A stretch of DNA of 61,647 nucleotides, taken from contig NW_021834486.1 of NCBI RefSeq assembly GCF_006345805.1, positions 1 through 61,647 of the forward strand, in the 5' to 3' direction. Of this stretch, positions 38,641 through 51,190 are shown piece after piece (position 1 is the first letter of the stretch; each line of letters starts with the position of its first letter). The stretch is from Octopus sinensis. Taxonomy: Eukaryota. The position numbers and the translations under genes are program-made. The notes under the pieces were generated by a model that saw only the letters and a program-made list of their open reading frames with translations, did no database searches and was not told the DNA's origin.

Positions 38641-39865
38641 CTCCTGGATGATACAATTACGTGTATGTATGACTGGGAACTACATTTTGACTTCGTTCTG
38701 GGCTCGTCAGTATAACATAACTTTGGAACTTGAACTTAGTCTACACTCATTTAAATGATTTAAGAATTAAATACCACACACATACACACACACAATTATA
38801 TATTTAAAATATGGTGGTGCCCCAGCATGGCCACAGCCTAATTACTGAGACAAGTAAAATGTAAAACGTATACACACGACAGGCTTCTTCCAGTTCCCGT
38901 CGACCAAATCCATTCGTAAGGTTTTGGTCGGCGCAAGGTTATAGTAGAAGACACTCGGATGCATGATGTTGAGAAGCAAGCTTTTTACCACAGAGCCACC
39001 CTAGTGTCTACACACACACACACACACGCCTGTGTGTGTGTGTGTGTGTGTGCGTATAGTTAGGAACAATAGTGTTTGTAAATCCATTCGCATTTAAAAA
39101 TCTTCCCAGTCTCGTCATCAGAGAGAAATAAAGGTAAAAATGACATGCTTTACACTTGTTTCGCACAATACCCTGGGAATACTGTTACAACCGACAGAAT
39201 CTTCAACGACGAGCATAGAAAACCGAAAGACGGTTAAGACTTGGTACAATTCATGTTTTTTTGTGTGTTTTGTTTTTAATATGTGTGAAGAAATCCTGGA
39301 AGACTTAATCGTTGTAACGTGGTCTCGCTCGTCGCTCCGACGAATGAGATTTAAGCAAGGCACAGTCTGAGGAAAACTACCATAAGTCTATAGCCACGCA
39401 CGCAGACGATTTTTAGCATCATCCTCTATTTGTGTACATGGCCCCTTTTCCTGTCACCCCTGGATTTTTGAAGAGAGTGTAGTGTTGGTGTCTTTCTTTG
39501 CCAAATAACTTGGCTATGGTCACTCCATATTACTCCGGAGCTTAGGGGCGGTTTCCCGGTTTCGTAGGAGTGTATCAGTCCCTCACTCAACGGGACGCCG
39601 GTCCGTCGCGGGATTACTCAGTTTTGCCAGTTGAATGGACTGAAGTAACGTGACTTGCGTGCAGGAGGGAGGGAGCGCATGCGCAGAGGACCAAGCTTCG
39701 TATCGACCGTGACTGCTTGGAACAATGTCAAGCGTACCTTCCTTTCGTTATTCATGGGCAAACACGCATGCGCAACCAGAATCTGGTGCAATAACGTTAC
39801 TAAATTTGACATGACAATGTGTTCGTAGATGGTTAATGGGTTGGGTGGGTGGTAATGAAGGAGCA

Positions 39866-40096
39866 GAAACGTTAGCTGGCAGAGACGTTAGCACGTCGGG
39901 CGAAATGCTTAGCGGTATTTCGTCTGCGTTACGTTGTGAGTTCAAATTCCGCCGAGGTCGACTTTGCCTTTCATCCTTTCGGGGTCGATAAATTAAGTAC
40001 CAGTTACGCACTGGGGTCGATGTAATCGACTTAATATCTATGTCTGTCCTTGTTTGTCCCCTCTATGTTTAGCCCCTTGTGGGTAATAAAGAAATA
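39866..40096 (+). mobile_element. SINE family B with 15-bp TSD
   Basis: TSD GGTAATGAAGGAGCA (39851-39865 / 40097-40111). Confidence 0.92.
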
Positions 40097-40354
40097 GGTA
40101 ATGAAGGAGCAACAACTCTTGGAGTATGGCATATACGACCATTAACCATCTTTTAAACTTCTTTTAAATCTCATTGTGTGTTGACATCTGGCTATAATTT
40201 CTATAGAGAATCTGTAGAGATAACCTTAGCAAGTGATGTAGTAACACTGCTAACACAGTAGAACACAGTATTCTTTTTTGTTTTGCTTAAGAATACAACG
40301 TGCTGGTCGGTCCAGGAATCGAAACCACAATCTTACGACAATGAGTCTAACCAC

Positions 40355-41575
40355 TATCATGTACATTGTTTTGTCTTGGTATAAAAGATGGGCTACAGCA
40401 AATATTCTGCTCAATACCACAGATTTGCTAATACCCTGATGCAGTACCAGGCAGTGGCTCTCATGGCTTCTGATCTTAACTGATTGGAAGTGTTATCATG
40501 TACATTGTTTTGTCTTGGTATAAAAGATGGGCTACAGCAAATATTCTGCTCAATACCACAGATTTGCTAATGCCCTGATGCAGTACCAGGCAGTGGCTCT
40601 CATGGCTTCTGATCTTAACTGATTGGAAGTGTTATCATGTACATTGTTTTGTCTTGGTATAAAAGATGGCCTACAGCAAATATTCTGCTCAATACCACAG
40701 ATTTGCTAATGCCCTGATGCAGTACCAGGCAGTGGCTCTCATGGCTTCTGATCTTAACTGACTGGAAGTGTATCATGTACATTGTTTTGTCTTGTATAAA
40801 AGATGGGCTACAGCAAATATTCTGCTCAATACCACAGATTTGCTAATGCCCTGATGCAGTACCAGGCAGTGGCTCTCATGGCTTCTGATCTTAACTGATT
40901 GGAAGTGTTATCATGTACATTGTTTTGTCTTGGTATAAAAGATGGGCTACAGCAAATATTCTGCTCAATACCACAGATTTGCTAATGCCCTGATGCAGTA
41001 CCAGGCAGTGGCTCTCATGGCTTCTGATCTTAACTGACTGGAAGTGTTATCATGTACATTGTTTTGTCTTGGTATAAAAGATGGGCTACAGCAAATATTC
41101 TGCTCAATACCACAGATTTGCTAATGCCCTGATGCAGTACCAGGCAGTGGCTCTCATGGCTTCTGATCTTAACTGATTGGAAGTGTTATCATGTACATTG
41201 TTTTGTCTTGGTATAAAAGATGGCCTACAGCAAATATTCTGCTCAATACCACAGATTTGCTAATGCCCTGATGCAGTACCAGGCAGTGGCTCTCATGGCT
41301 TCTGATCTTAACTGATTGGAAGTGTTATCATGTACATTGTTTTGTCTTGGTATAAAAGATGGGCTACAGCAAATATTCTGCTCAATACCACAGATTTGCT
41401 TGTCAGTTGTTTGACCGTAACCAGTTGAGCATGTCCCTTAGTGGCTGATGATATGCGCATCTCTGATCACGAGCAGAAGTAGTGGGGGAGCATCATAGCC
41501 ATGTGTTGAGAGGGATTCTTTAGGGTTTGAATAATTCACCTCTGGAAACATGGGTGTTTCGTTCAACATCCTTCA
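40355..41575 (-). repeat. Second family D copy with ~7.5 tandem 139-bp 3' units
   Basis: Reverse complement of the 32.3-34.8 kb unit; body 41400-41575. Confidence 0.95.
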
Positions 41576-41955
41576 CAACATTCATTGAGCAGATTATTGA
41601 ATATCATTGGCGTGTATCAAACTTGTACCGATGTCACAAGTGCCATGAGCACAGACGTTAACAGGATGCATAATTTATATGGAGTTACCTTCTTTAAGAG
41701 CAGCTGAAAAGCTGATGGATATCATCTGTCATGAGTCCGTTGATGTGTCCGTGAGTGACCTTCTTGTGACAATTCTCTGACATGCTGCTTAAGCCATAGC
41801 GGGCTCCTCCGAATTAAAGCAGGTCTGGGAACAATAGTGGTGTTGAAAGGAGGCTTCACACTCCTTAAAATCCTCGAATTCCCGAACCAGGGCCCACAGG
41901 TGGACGCTGTTTCTAGTCATAACCATGACATAACCGTTGTATATTAGATGGGGAT

Positions 41956-42089
41956 AGAAGACAAACAATATCACTGTTACTATTCTTTCATTCTGATGAT
42001 AAGACCATGAAGTTCTATTCAAATTTTAAGAACTTCATGGCCTTATCATCAGAATGAAAGAATAGTAACAGTGTCGTTGTTTGTCTTCT
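41956..42089. repeat. Fold-back palindrome (~60-bp arms)
   Basis: CACTGTTACTATTCTTTCATTCTGATGATAAG / CTTATCATCAGAATGAAAGAATAGTAACAGTG. Confidence 0.9.
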
Positions 42090-42677
42090 TTGAATAGAAC
42101 ATGGATTTAGAAACGCTCCCCTTCGAAGCTGTGCACAAAGGCCTGAATAGGAAATAGTCATTATTCACTTCTGGAATTTCCTAACTAGTACCCACGAGTG
42201 GATGCTGTTTCAGGTTATAGCCAAGATATTACTGTTGGATACTAGATAGGAAGCAGACTAACAGTAAGTACTAAGCTTGCAAAGAACAAGTTCTGGGATT
42301 GAATTCGCCATCTAAAACCCCTTAAGGCAGTGCTCCAGCATGGCTGCAGTTAAACGACTGAAACAGGTAAATGGATAAAAGAAAAACAATATACGACGAG
42401 ATTCTTTCAGTTTCCGTCAACCAGATCGACTCACAATGTTTTGGTCGGTCATGGGCTATAATAGAAGACGCTTGGCCAATATGCCATGCAGTGGGACTGA
42501 ACCCGAAACCATGTGGTTGGAAAGAAAGCTTCTTACCAAACGGCCACGCCCATATTTATTAATACACATGTAGATATATGCACATACATATATAAACATA
42601 TATACACTTGTGAATGTGCGTCTGATACAAACACAAACATATATGTTATATAAACATCTGCGTGAGAGAGAGCGCCC

Positions 42678-42721
<44 letters not shown>

Positions 42722-42889
42722 TAAACAGTTCGTTATTAAACGTTCTCACGCGTATCACAACCTCAAACGCGTCGATGAAAAGGAAAGAAATTAAAACAAA
42801 ATACTATAATTCTTCAAGGCGAAAGGATTTCGCGTCAAAAATCGTTCTTTGCTTATTAGCACGATTAACCCCCAAACAACCGCAACCCC

Positions 42890-42892
42890 CCG

Positions 42893-42923
<31 letters not shown>

Positions 42924-43433
42924 TTATTGGAATTGCTACAATTATTTTTAATACTGCTGTTATTAATTAATATTATTATTATTATTATTATTTTATTATC
43001 ATTATCATTATTATTGTTATCACTATTATTATCATTATTATTTTTATTATTATTATCATTAGTATTATTTTTATTATTATTATCATTATTATTATTTTTT
43101 TTTTTTTTATTATCATTATCATTATTATTGTTATCACTATTATTATCATTATTATTTTTATTATTATTATCATTAGTATTATTTTTATTATTATTATCAT
43201 TATTATTATTTTTATTATTATTATAATTATTATTATTATCACTATTATTATTATTATTATCACTATTATTATCACTATTATCATTATTATCACTATTACT
43301 ATTATTATTATTATCACTATTATTATAATCATCACTATTATTATTATTATTATTATTATCACTATTATTATCATTATTATCACTATTATTATTATTGTTG
43401 TTGTTATTATTATTATTATTATCACTATTATTA

Positions 43434-43467
<34 letters not shown>

Positions 43468-43545
43468 CACTATTATTATTATTGTTGTTGTTATTATTAT
43501 TATTATTATCACTATTATCATTATTATTATTATTATTATTATTAC
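42890..43545. repeat. (ATT)n/(ATC) microsatellite
   Basis: Direct inspection. Confidence 0.95.
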
Positions 43546-43729
43546 AGTAGCATTTAGCCTCCTTTTGTATCCCAGCCCAGCCTTCTGTAGTTCACACAAT
43601 TGAAAAGCTATTGGCTGGGGTTACAAAGGCAATTAAGGCTTTTCAATTAATTAAATAATAATCATTAAAACGTTGATTAGTTTATTTGTTCTTTTGTTTA
43701 TTTTCTTGTAGGATCGTTTTCCTGTGTTC

Positions 43730-45717
43730 ATACATGTACGCATATATATATACATACATATATGCATATATATATATATACATACATATATGCATATATA
43801 TATATACATACATATATTCATATATATATACATACATATTTGCATATATATATACATACATATTTGCATATATATATACATACATACATGCATATATATA
43901 TATACATACATACATGCATATATATATACATACATACATGCATATATATATACATACATACATGCATATATACATACATACATATATGCATATATATATA
44001 CATACATACATATATTCATATATATATTTATACATATATATATGCATATATATATACATACATACATGCATATATATATATATACATACATACATATATG
44101 CATATATATATTTATACATATATGCATATATATATATTTATACTATATGTATATATATATACATACATACATATATGCATGTGTATATATACATACATGC
44201 ATATATATATTTATACATATATGTATATATATATATACATACATAAATGCATATATATATTTATACATATATGTATATTATATACATATATGTATATATA
44301 TATATACATACATATATGCATATATATATTTATACATATATGTATATATATATACATATATGTATATATATATATACATACATATATGCATATATATATA
44401 TATGTATATATATATACATACATATATGCATATATATATATACATACATATATGCATATATATATATACATACATATATGCATATATATATATATACATA
44501 CATGTATATATATATATACATACATATATGCATATATATATATATATACATATATGCATATATATATATATACATACATGTATATATATATATACATACA
44601 TATATGCATATATATATATATATATACATATATGCATATATATATATATACATATATGCATATATATATATATACATACATATATGCATATATATATATA
44701 CATTGTAATAGCCTGGGGTTCAGAGGCCCTCAGCTGTTCAACAAACTGCCAAGAAAACTAAGAGATCTACATGATGCGGATGTGGACATTTTCAAAAAAC
44801 ATCTAGACAAGCTGCTTTCCGGGATCCCAGATGAACCCACTGCAAGGTACGAAGGTAACCTAAGGGCAGCAGCTACAAACTCTCTCTTGGATCAGTGGCC
44901 AGCCACGGCAAACTGGACTTGGAGAGGGTAGCAACAAGGGCGGTGCCCCAGCATGGCCTCAGCCGGATGGCTGAAACAAGTAAAAGAGTAAAAGAGTATA
45001 TGCATATATAAATATATATATACATATATATACATATATGTACATATATATACATATGCATATATATATATATATATATATATACATATGCATATATACA
45101 TATATGCATATATATATATATACATATATACATATGCATATATACTATATGCATATATAATCTATACATATATACATATGCATATATACATATATGCATA
45201 TATATATATATACATATATGCATATATATATATATATTACATATATGCATATATATATATATATACATATATGCATATATATATATATATACATATATGC
45301 ATATATATATATATACATATATGCATATATATATATATTATACCTATATGTATATATACATATACATATATGTATATATATATATATATACATATATGCA
45401 TATATATATATATACATATATGCATATATATATATATACATATATGCATATATATATATATACATATATGCATATATATGATATATATACATATATGTAT
45501 ATATACATATACATATATGTATATATACATATACATATATGTATATATACATATACATATATGATAGATACATATACATATATGTATATATACATAACAT
45601 ATATGATATTATATATATATATAGTATATAGTATAACATATATGTTATACTATACATATACATATATGTATATATATATACATATAATATGTATATATAT
45701 ATATACATATATGTATA

Positions 45718-45748
<31 letters not shown>

Positions 45749-46465
45749 TGATATATATATATAATATATATATACATATGTATATATATATACATATATA
45801 TATATACATATATATATATACATATGTATATATATATACATATATGAATATATATATACATATATGCATATATTATACATATGCATATATAGATACATAT
45901 ATGAATATATATATCATATATGCATATATATATACATATGCATATATATATACATATATATACATATTATGTATATATATATACATATATACATATATAT
46001 CACATAGATACATATATATATACATAGGGTATATATATGATATATATATATACATATACATATATATATACATATATACATATATGTATATTATAAATAT
46101 ATGCATATATATATACATATATGCATATATATATACATATAGTGTATAATATATATATACATATATATTCATACATATATATATACATATATATTCATAC
46201 ATATATATTCATACATATATGTACATATATATATATATATTCATACATATATGTACATATATATACATACATATCATACATAGATATACATACATATACA
46301 TACATATATATACATACATATACATACATATATATATATACATATATGCATATATATATATATACATATATATATGCATATATATATATATACATATATG
46401 CATATATATATATACATATATATACATGTATGCATATATGAATATATATATATACGTATGTACAT
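43730..46465. repeat. (TA)/(CATA)/(TGCA) microsatellite field hosting a LINE fragment
   Basis: Direct inspection. Confidence 0.95.
44701..44997 (+). mobile_element. CR1/L2-group LINE 3' end with SINE-A-like tail
   Basis: [19 protein letters not shown]...[16 protein letters not shown]...[10 protein letters not shown]; tail GGCGGTGCCCCAGCATGGCC...CTGAAACAAGTAAAAGAGTAAAAGAG. Confidence 0.85.
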
Positions 46466-46600
46466 ATCCTTGTGAGCAGAACTGCAAAACGGAATATGAA
46501 AGACGTCCATCGTACATGCATATATATATATATATATATAATGACACGTTTGCTGTCAACATAATCCTGTACATCTTACGGCACTGAAGCCTATGATGTA

Positions 46601-46744
46601 AGCTGACGGGGTTCCTTCTGTAGGGGTGCATTCGATTCCATTATATCGTTCCCCACCAACAAGTGAGCAGTGCAGAAGTAAGTCGAAACGCTCGATATAA
46701 CGGAACCGATCGCACGCCACACTGCAGAAGAAACTTCATCAGGT
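46601..46744. repeat. Imperfect hairpin (~50-bp arms)
   Basis: CTGACGGGGTTCCTTCTGTAG..TCGATTCCATTATATCG / CGATATAACGGAACCGA..CTGCAGAAGAAACTTCATCAG. Confidence 0.75.
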
Positions 46745-46937
46745 GAGATAATAATCTCCCGTGCTATAAAATGTGCATTTCGTTAATAGGTATGACCGCA
46801 TGGGGTTGATAGCAAACATGTATTTTGTTTAACCGAACTCCTCTTAAAGAGTTGTGTTAAATAAACGAAATCGCTAATAAAGAACTATCCAAAATACTGA
46901 CTGCCTCCTTAATATACAATATCTGTACACCACTTCA

Positions 46938-46968
<31 letters not shown>

Positions 46969-46970
<2 letters not shown>

Positions 46971-47157
46971 CGTAAAGTATACTAGCCATCTCAATATGGC
47001 TAACCACTAAGGGTGAGTCTTACTGTAGCTTTTAGCCCCAGGAGATCATCGTCTCTAGCTGGCTTTAGGCACACCGATGATCTCCTGGGGCTAAAAGCTA
47101 CAGTAACACTCACCCTTAGTGGTTAGCCATATTGAGATGGCTAGTATACTTTACGTT
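46969..47157. repeat. Near-perfect fold-back palindrome (~83-bp arms)
   Basis: AACGTAAAGTATACTAGCCATCTC...CCAGGAGATCATCG and its reverse complement. Confidence 0.95.
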
Positions 47158-47384
47158 GTCGAGCGCTTACTGTTTACATCTCATTCAGAGATTTATTATT
47201 GCTGTATATATATATATATATTGAAATGGATAAATGAATTATCTTGTTAAGGATTATTCAAAATTTAACCGATACCTGGGTAGCAAAAATCACAACAGAA
47301 AAAAACACGGTTGAAGTTACGACCTTGGGGTGTCGCAACCGTGCCTTAGCGCGGATAATTGAAGTTTAATATATTTAGTGAAGG

Positions 47385-47495
47385 GAAGAAATGGAGCTGA
47401 ACGAAGATTCTACAGAATTCCTTTTATTATTTTCTACACATGTTTCAAAGGCCGCAAATTTCCAAATTCGGACTGAATAAGGAGACCATTTTGTT
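47385..47495 (-). mobile_element. Truncated copy of the 10.7-kb hammerhead module
   Basis: AATGGAG.TGAACGA...TCCTTT.ATT..ACA.ATGTTTC.AAGGC.GCA shared; retains GAAAC ATGT GTA, lacks CTGATGA. Confidence 0.65.
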
Positions 47496-47518
47496 CTTCC
47501 CTTCACTAAATATATATA

Positions 47519-47885
47519 TAGGCGCAGGAGTGGCTGTGTGGTAAGTAGCTTGCTAACCAACCACATGGTTCCGGGTTCAGTCCCACTGCGTGGCACCTTG
47601 GGCAAGTGTCTTCTGCTATAGCCCCGGGCCGACCAATACCTTGTGAGTGGATTTGGTAGACGGAAACTGAAAGAAGCCTGTCGTATATATGTATATATAT
47701 ATATATGTGTGTGTGTTTGTGTGTCTGTGTTTGTCCCCCTAGCATCGCTTGACAACCGATGCTGGTGTGTTTAGGTCCCCGTCACTTAGCGGTTCGGCAA
47801 AAAGAGACCGATAGAATAAGTACTAAAAGGTGGTGCTCCAGCATGGCCGCAGTCAAAATGACTGAAACAAGTAAAAGAGTAAGAG
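47519..47885 (+). mobile_element. SINE family A
   Basis: Family consensus match. Confidence 0.92.
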
Positions 47886-47920
47886 TATATATATTTATAT
47901 ACATACATACATATACACAC

Positions 47921-47961
<41 letters not shown>

Positions 47962-48212
47962 TATACACACACAACACACACATACCACATAGAATGAACA
48001 CACCCATAAATGCAAATAAACATGCTTACGTACAAACATACACGGATTCATGTACATATATATTTATAATCTAGATAAAATAAATCATTCAGTTTCTTGC
48101 TGATAACGTTTCTATAAAAGCAGTCCGTTGGCTGAAATATAGTTCTGTCCTGGTATTAGAAAATCACTATTTTTAAATCTCACAACGTGAGATATTCAGC
48201 AACAGAACTTTC

Positions 48213-48418
48213 TAGTAAGGATTGTCTGCCAACATAAATTGGCACTCCTGGGTTAGGAATAATGTTGCTGTAATTTAGCTCCAGGAGCTTGTTCGAAAAT
48301 ATAAGGACACAGATCGTGTTGTATAGCCAGCTGGAGACAGTGTCTCCTGGGGCTAAACTACAGCAACATTCGTCCTAAACCAGGACTACCATGTTATGTT
48401 AGCAAACAATCTTTACTG
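48213..48418. repeat. Diverged fold-back palindrome (same family as 46969)
   Basis: AATGTTGCTGTAATTTAGCTCCAGGAG / CTCCTGGGGCTAAACTACAGCAACATT. Confidence 0.8.
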
Positions 48419-48482
48419 TCCTGGTATGATACATTTAGATTCAAGATATAAACGCCTCAAATTTTGTTGTTGCTTTCTATAT

Positions 48483-49003
48483 TAAGGCGGCGAGTTGGCA
48501 GAAACGTTAGCACGCCGGGCGAAATGCTTTGCGGTATTTCGTCTGCCGCTACGTTCTGGGTTCAAATTCCGCCGAGGTCGACTAAATAAGTACCAGTTAC
48601 GCACTGGGGGCGATGTAATCGACTTAATACCTATGTCTGTCCTTGTTTGTCCCCTCTGTGTTTAGCACTTTGTGGGTAGTAAAGAAATAGGTATTTCGTC
48701 TGTCTTTACGTTCTGAGTTCAAATTCCGCCGAGGTCGACTAAATAAGTACCAGTTACGCACTGGTGTCGGTATAATCGACTTAATCGCTTTGTCTGTCCT
48801 TGTTTGTCCCCTCTGTGTTTAGCCCCTTGTGGGTAGTAAAGAAATAGGTATTTCGTCTGTCTTTACGTTCTGAGTTCAAATTCCGCCGAGGTCGACTAAA
48901 TAAGTACCAGTTACGCACTGGGGTCGGTATAATCGACTTAATCGCTTTGTCTGTCCTTGTTTGTCTCCTCTGTGTTTAGCCCCTTGTGGGTAGTAAAGAA
49001 ATA
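48483..49003 (+). mobile_element. SINE family B trimer sharing an internal deletion
   Basis: One head + two headless units; all read GGTCGACT|AAATAAGTACC. Confidence 0.9.
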
Positions 49004-49411
49004 TATAGCTGTCTACCCAAATTTATATACACTCACTTTTACTCCCCTCCCGGATGTATTTTTAGAAATGTTTATATTAATTGCTTTAAATATAGTTAAA
49101 CGTACATTTATTGATATATTAAACAGTAATAAATCTTCAAGAAATTCAGGAAATTAGAATATGAAGAAGTCTCACCGATTTTTTTTTACCACAACGCGAT
49201 TCCAATGCCGTGCATGCTTTTATAAGGTGAAGAAATACAAACATCATTTAATTTTCCAAAATGACGATACTTCCGGTTTCAATTCTGCGAAAGCAGGACG
49301 TTAGCTGCAACGCAATTGCTGACCGAGTACCATATATTGTATCTATAGGGTGTCAACAAAATTTAATGAGTTATCAACTTCTAGTCTTTTTTTTAATTCT
49401 AACTTACTAAC

Positions 49412-49574
49412 TAGGCGCAGGAGTGGCTGTGTGGTAAGTGGCTTGCTAACCAACCATATTGTTCCGGGTTCAGTCCCAGTGTCTTCTTGGGCAAGTGTCT
49501 TCTGTTACAGCCCCGGGCCGACCAATGCCTTGTGAGTGGATTTGGTAGACGGAAACTGTAAGAAGCCCGTCGTA

Positions 49575-49612
<38 letters not shown>

Positions 49613-49773
49613 CGCAGGAGTGGCTGTGTGGTAAGTAGCTTGCTTACCAACCATATTGTTCCGGGTTCAGTCCCACTGCGTGGCACCTTGGGCAAGTGTC
49701 TTCTGCTATAGGCCCGGGCCGACCAATGGCTTGTGAGTGGATTTGGTAGACGGAAACTGAAAGAAGCCTGTCG

Positions 49774-49810
<37 letters not shown>

Positions 49811-50025
49811 GTGTGTGTGTGTTTTTGTGTGTCTGTGTTTGTCTCCCTAGCATTGCTTGACAACCGATGCTGGTGTGTTTACGTCCCCGTCACTTAGCGG
49901 TTCGGCAAAAGAGACCGATAGAATAAGTACTGGGCTTACAAAGAATAGGTCCCGGGGTCGATTTGCTCGACTAAAAAGGCGGTGCTCCAGCCTGGCCGCA
50001 ATCAAATGACTGAAACAGTTAAAAG
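49412..50025 (+). mobile_element. SINE family A with duplicated head
   Basis: Heads at ~49412 and ~49610. Confidence 0.9.
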
Positions 50026-50507
50026 TTGCCCCGCGTCTGAATCGGCCATATTACGGATGGGAGACTGAATGTCGCAGGATAGGGAGCTGTATGGGTATAA
50101 GACTATTAGGCATAATGAATGTGATGAGGAATAACACATGGGTTTCAATTTTTGGCACAAGGCCAGCAATTTCGAGGGAAGCGGGTAAGTGGATTGCATC
50201 AATTTCAGTGTTCAACTGGTACTGCTTTTATCGACCCCGAAAGGATGACCTCGAATAATAATAATAATAATAATAATAGTGGTTTCATATTTTGCCACGA
50301 GGGAAGCCACTTTGGGGGGAGCGGACAAGTCGATTGCATCGACACCAGTGTTTTACTGGTACTTAATTTATCGACCCCGAAAGGATAGAAGGCAATGTCG
50401 ACCTCAGCGGAATTTGAACTCAGAACGTAGCGACGGGCAAAATGCCGCTAAGCATTTCGCCTGGCGTGCTAACAATTCTGCCAGCTCACCACCTTAATAA
50501 TAATAAT

Positions 50508-51110
50508 AGGTGGGAACACAAATCACCTCCAGTGCTTGAAAATGACCACATCTCACTCCTCTGGAACTTCCCCATTCAAACTGACAGAAAGATAGATGCA
50601 AATAGGCCAGACATTATATTGAAAGACTTCAGACAAGAACATGCCTCCTCATTGATATGACTGTCCCAATCGATATAAACGTATCTGTCAAGACCTACCA
50701 AAAACACAAATGAGCAAATATAGATCTTGAAATAGAAATCAGCAAAATGTGGAAGCTGAAAACTAAAACATACTCGTTGTCATAGGTGCCCTGGGAATGA
50801 TAGCAAAAGGGGCTGATTGCTACCTAGCTCAGATTCCAGGAAACTCCAAAATGGCAGAAATTCAAAAGATAGTGCTCATGGGAACTGTTCATATCCTACG
50901 CAAAATACTTTCTATGTAATCTCAAGTTTTAAAACAAACAATGTTCGTATGTTTTTTTTTAGACATTCACTAGTACAACACCAAAAAAAAACCCAAGTAT
51001 ATGGCACTCTAGGCATAGCAACATCACGAACTTCCAGCCTGTTGTCTCTTGAGGTCTCTGGGTGAGACTTGGAGCCAACTTGTACAGATATAAAGCAAAA
51101 GTCAAACATA

Positions 51111-51146
<36 letters not shown>

Positions 51147-51190
51147 TAATAATAATAATGATAATAATAATAATAATAATAATAATATTC
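50508..51190 (+). mobile_element. R4/Dong-like non-LTR retrotransposon 3' end (restriction-like endonuclease) with (AAT)n tail
   Basis: LLWNFPIQTDRKIDANRPDIILKD...LLIDMTVP.D.NV...DLEIEISKMWKLKT..VVIGALG...IQKIVLMGT.HILRKIL (frameshifted). Confidence 0.85.

Noticed and set aside
43651-46631. Long ORFs of YI/HI/CV repeats (also 11.3, 19-21, 37, 54 kb)
   Set aside because: Stop-free readings of microsatellites
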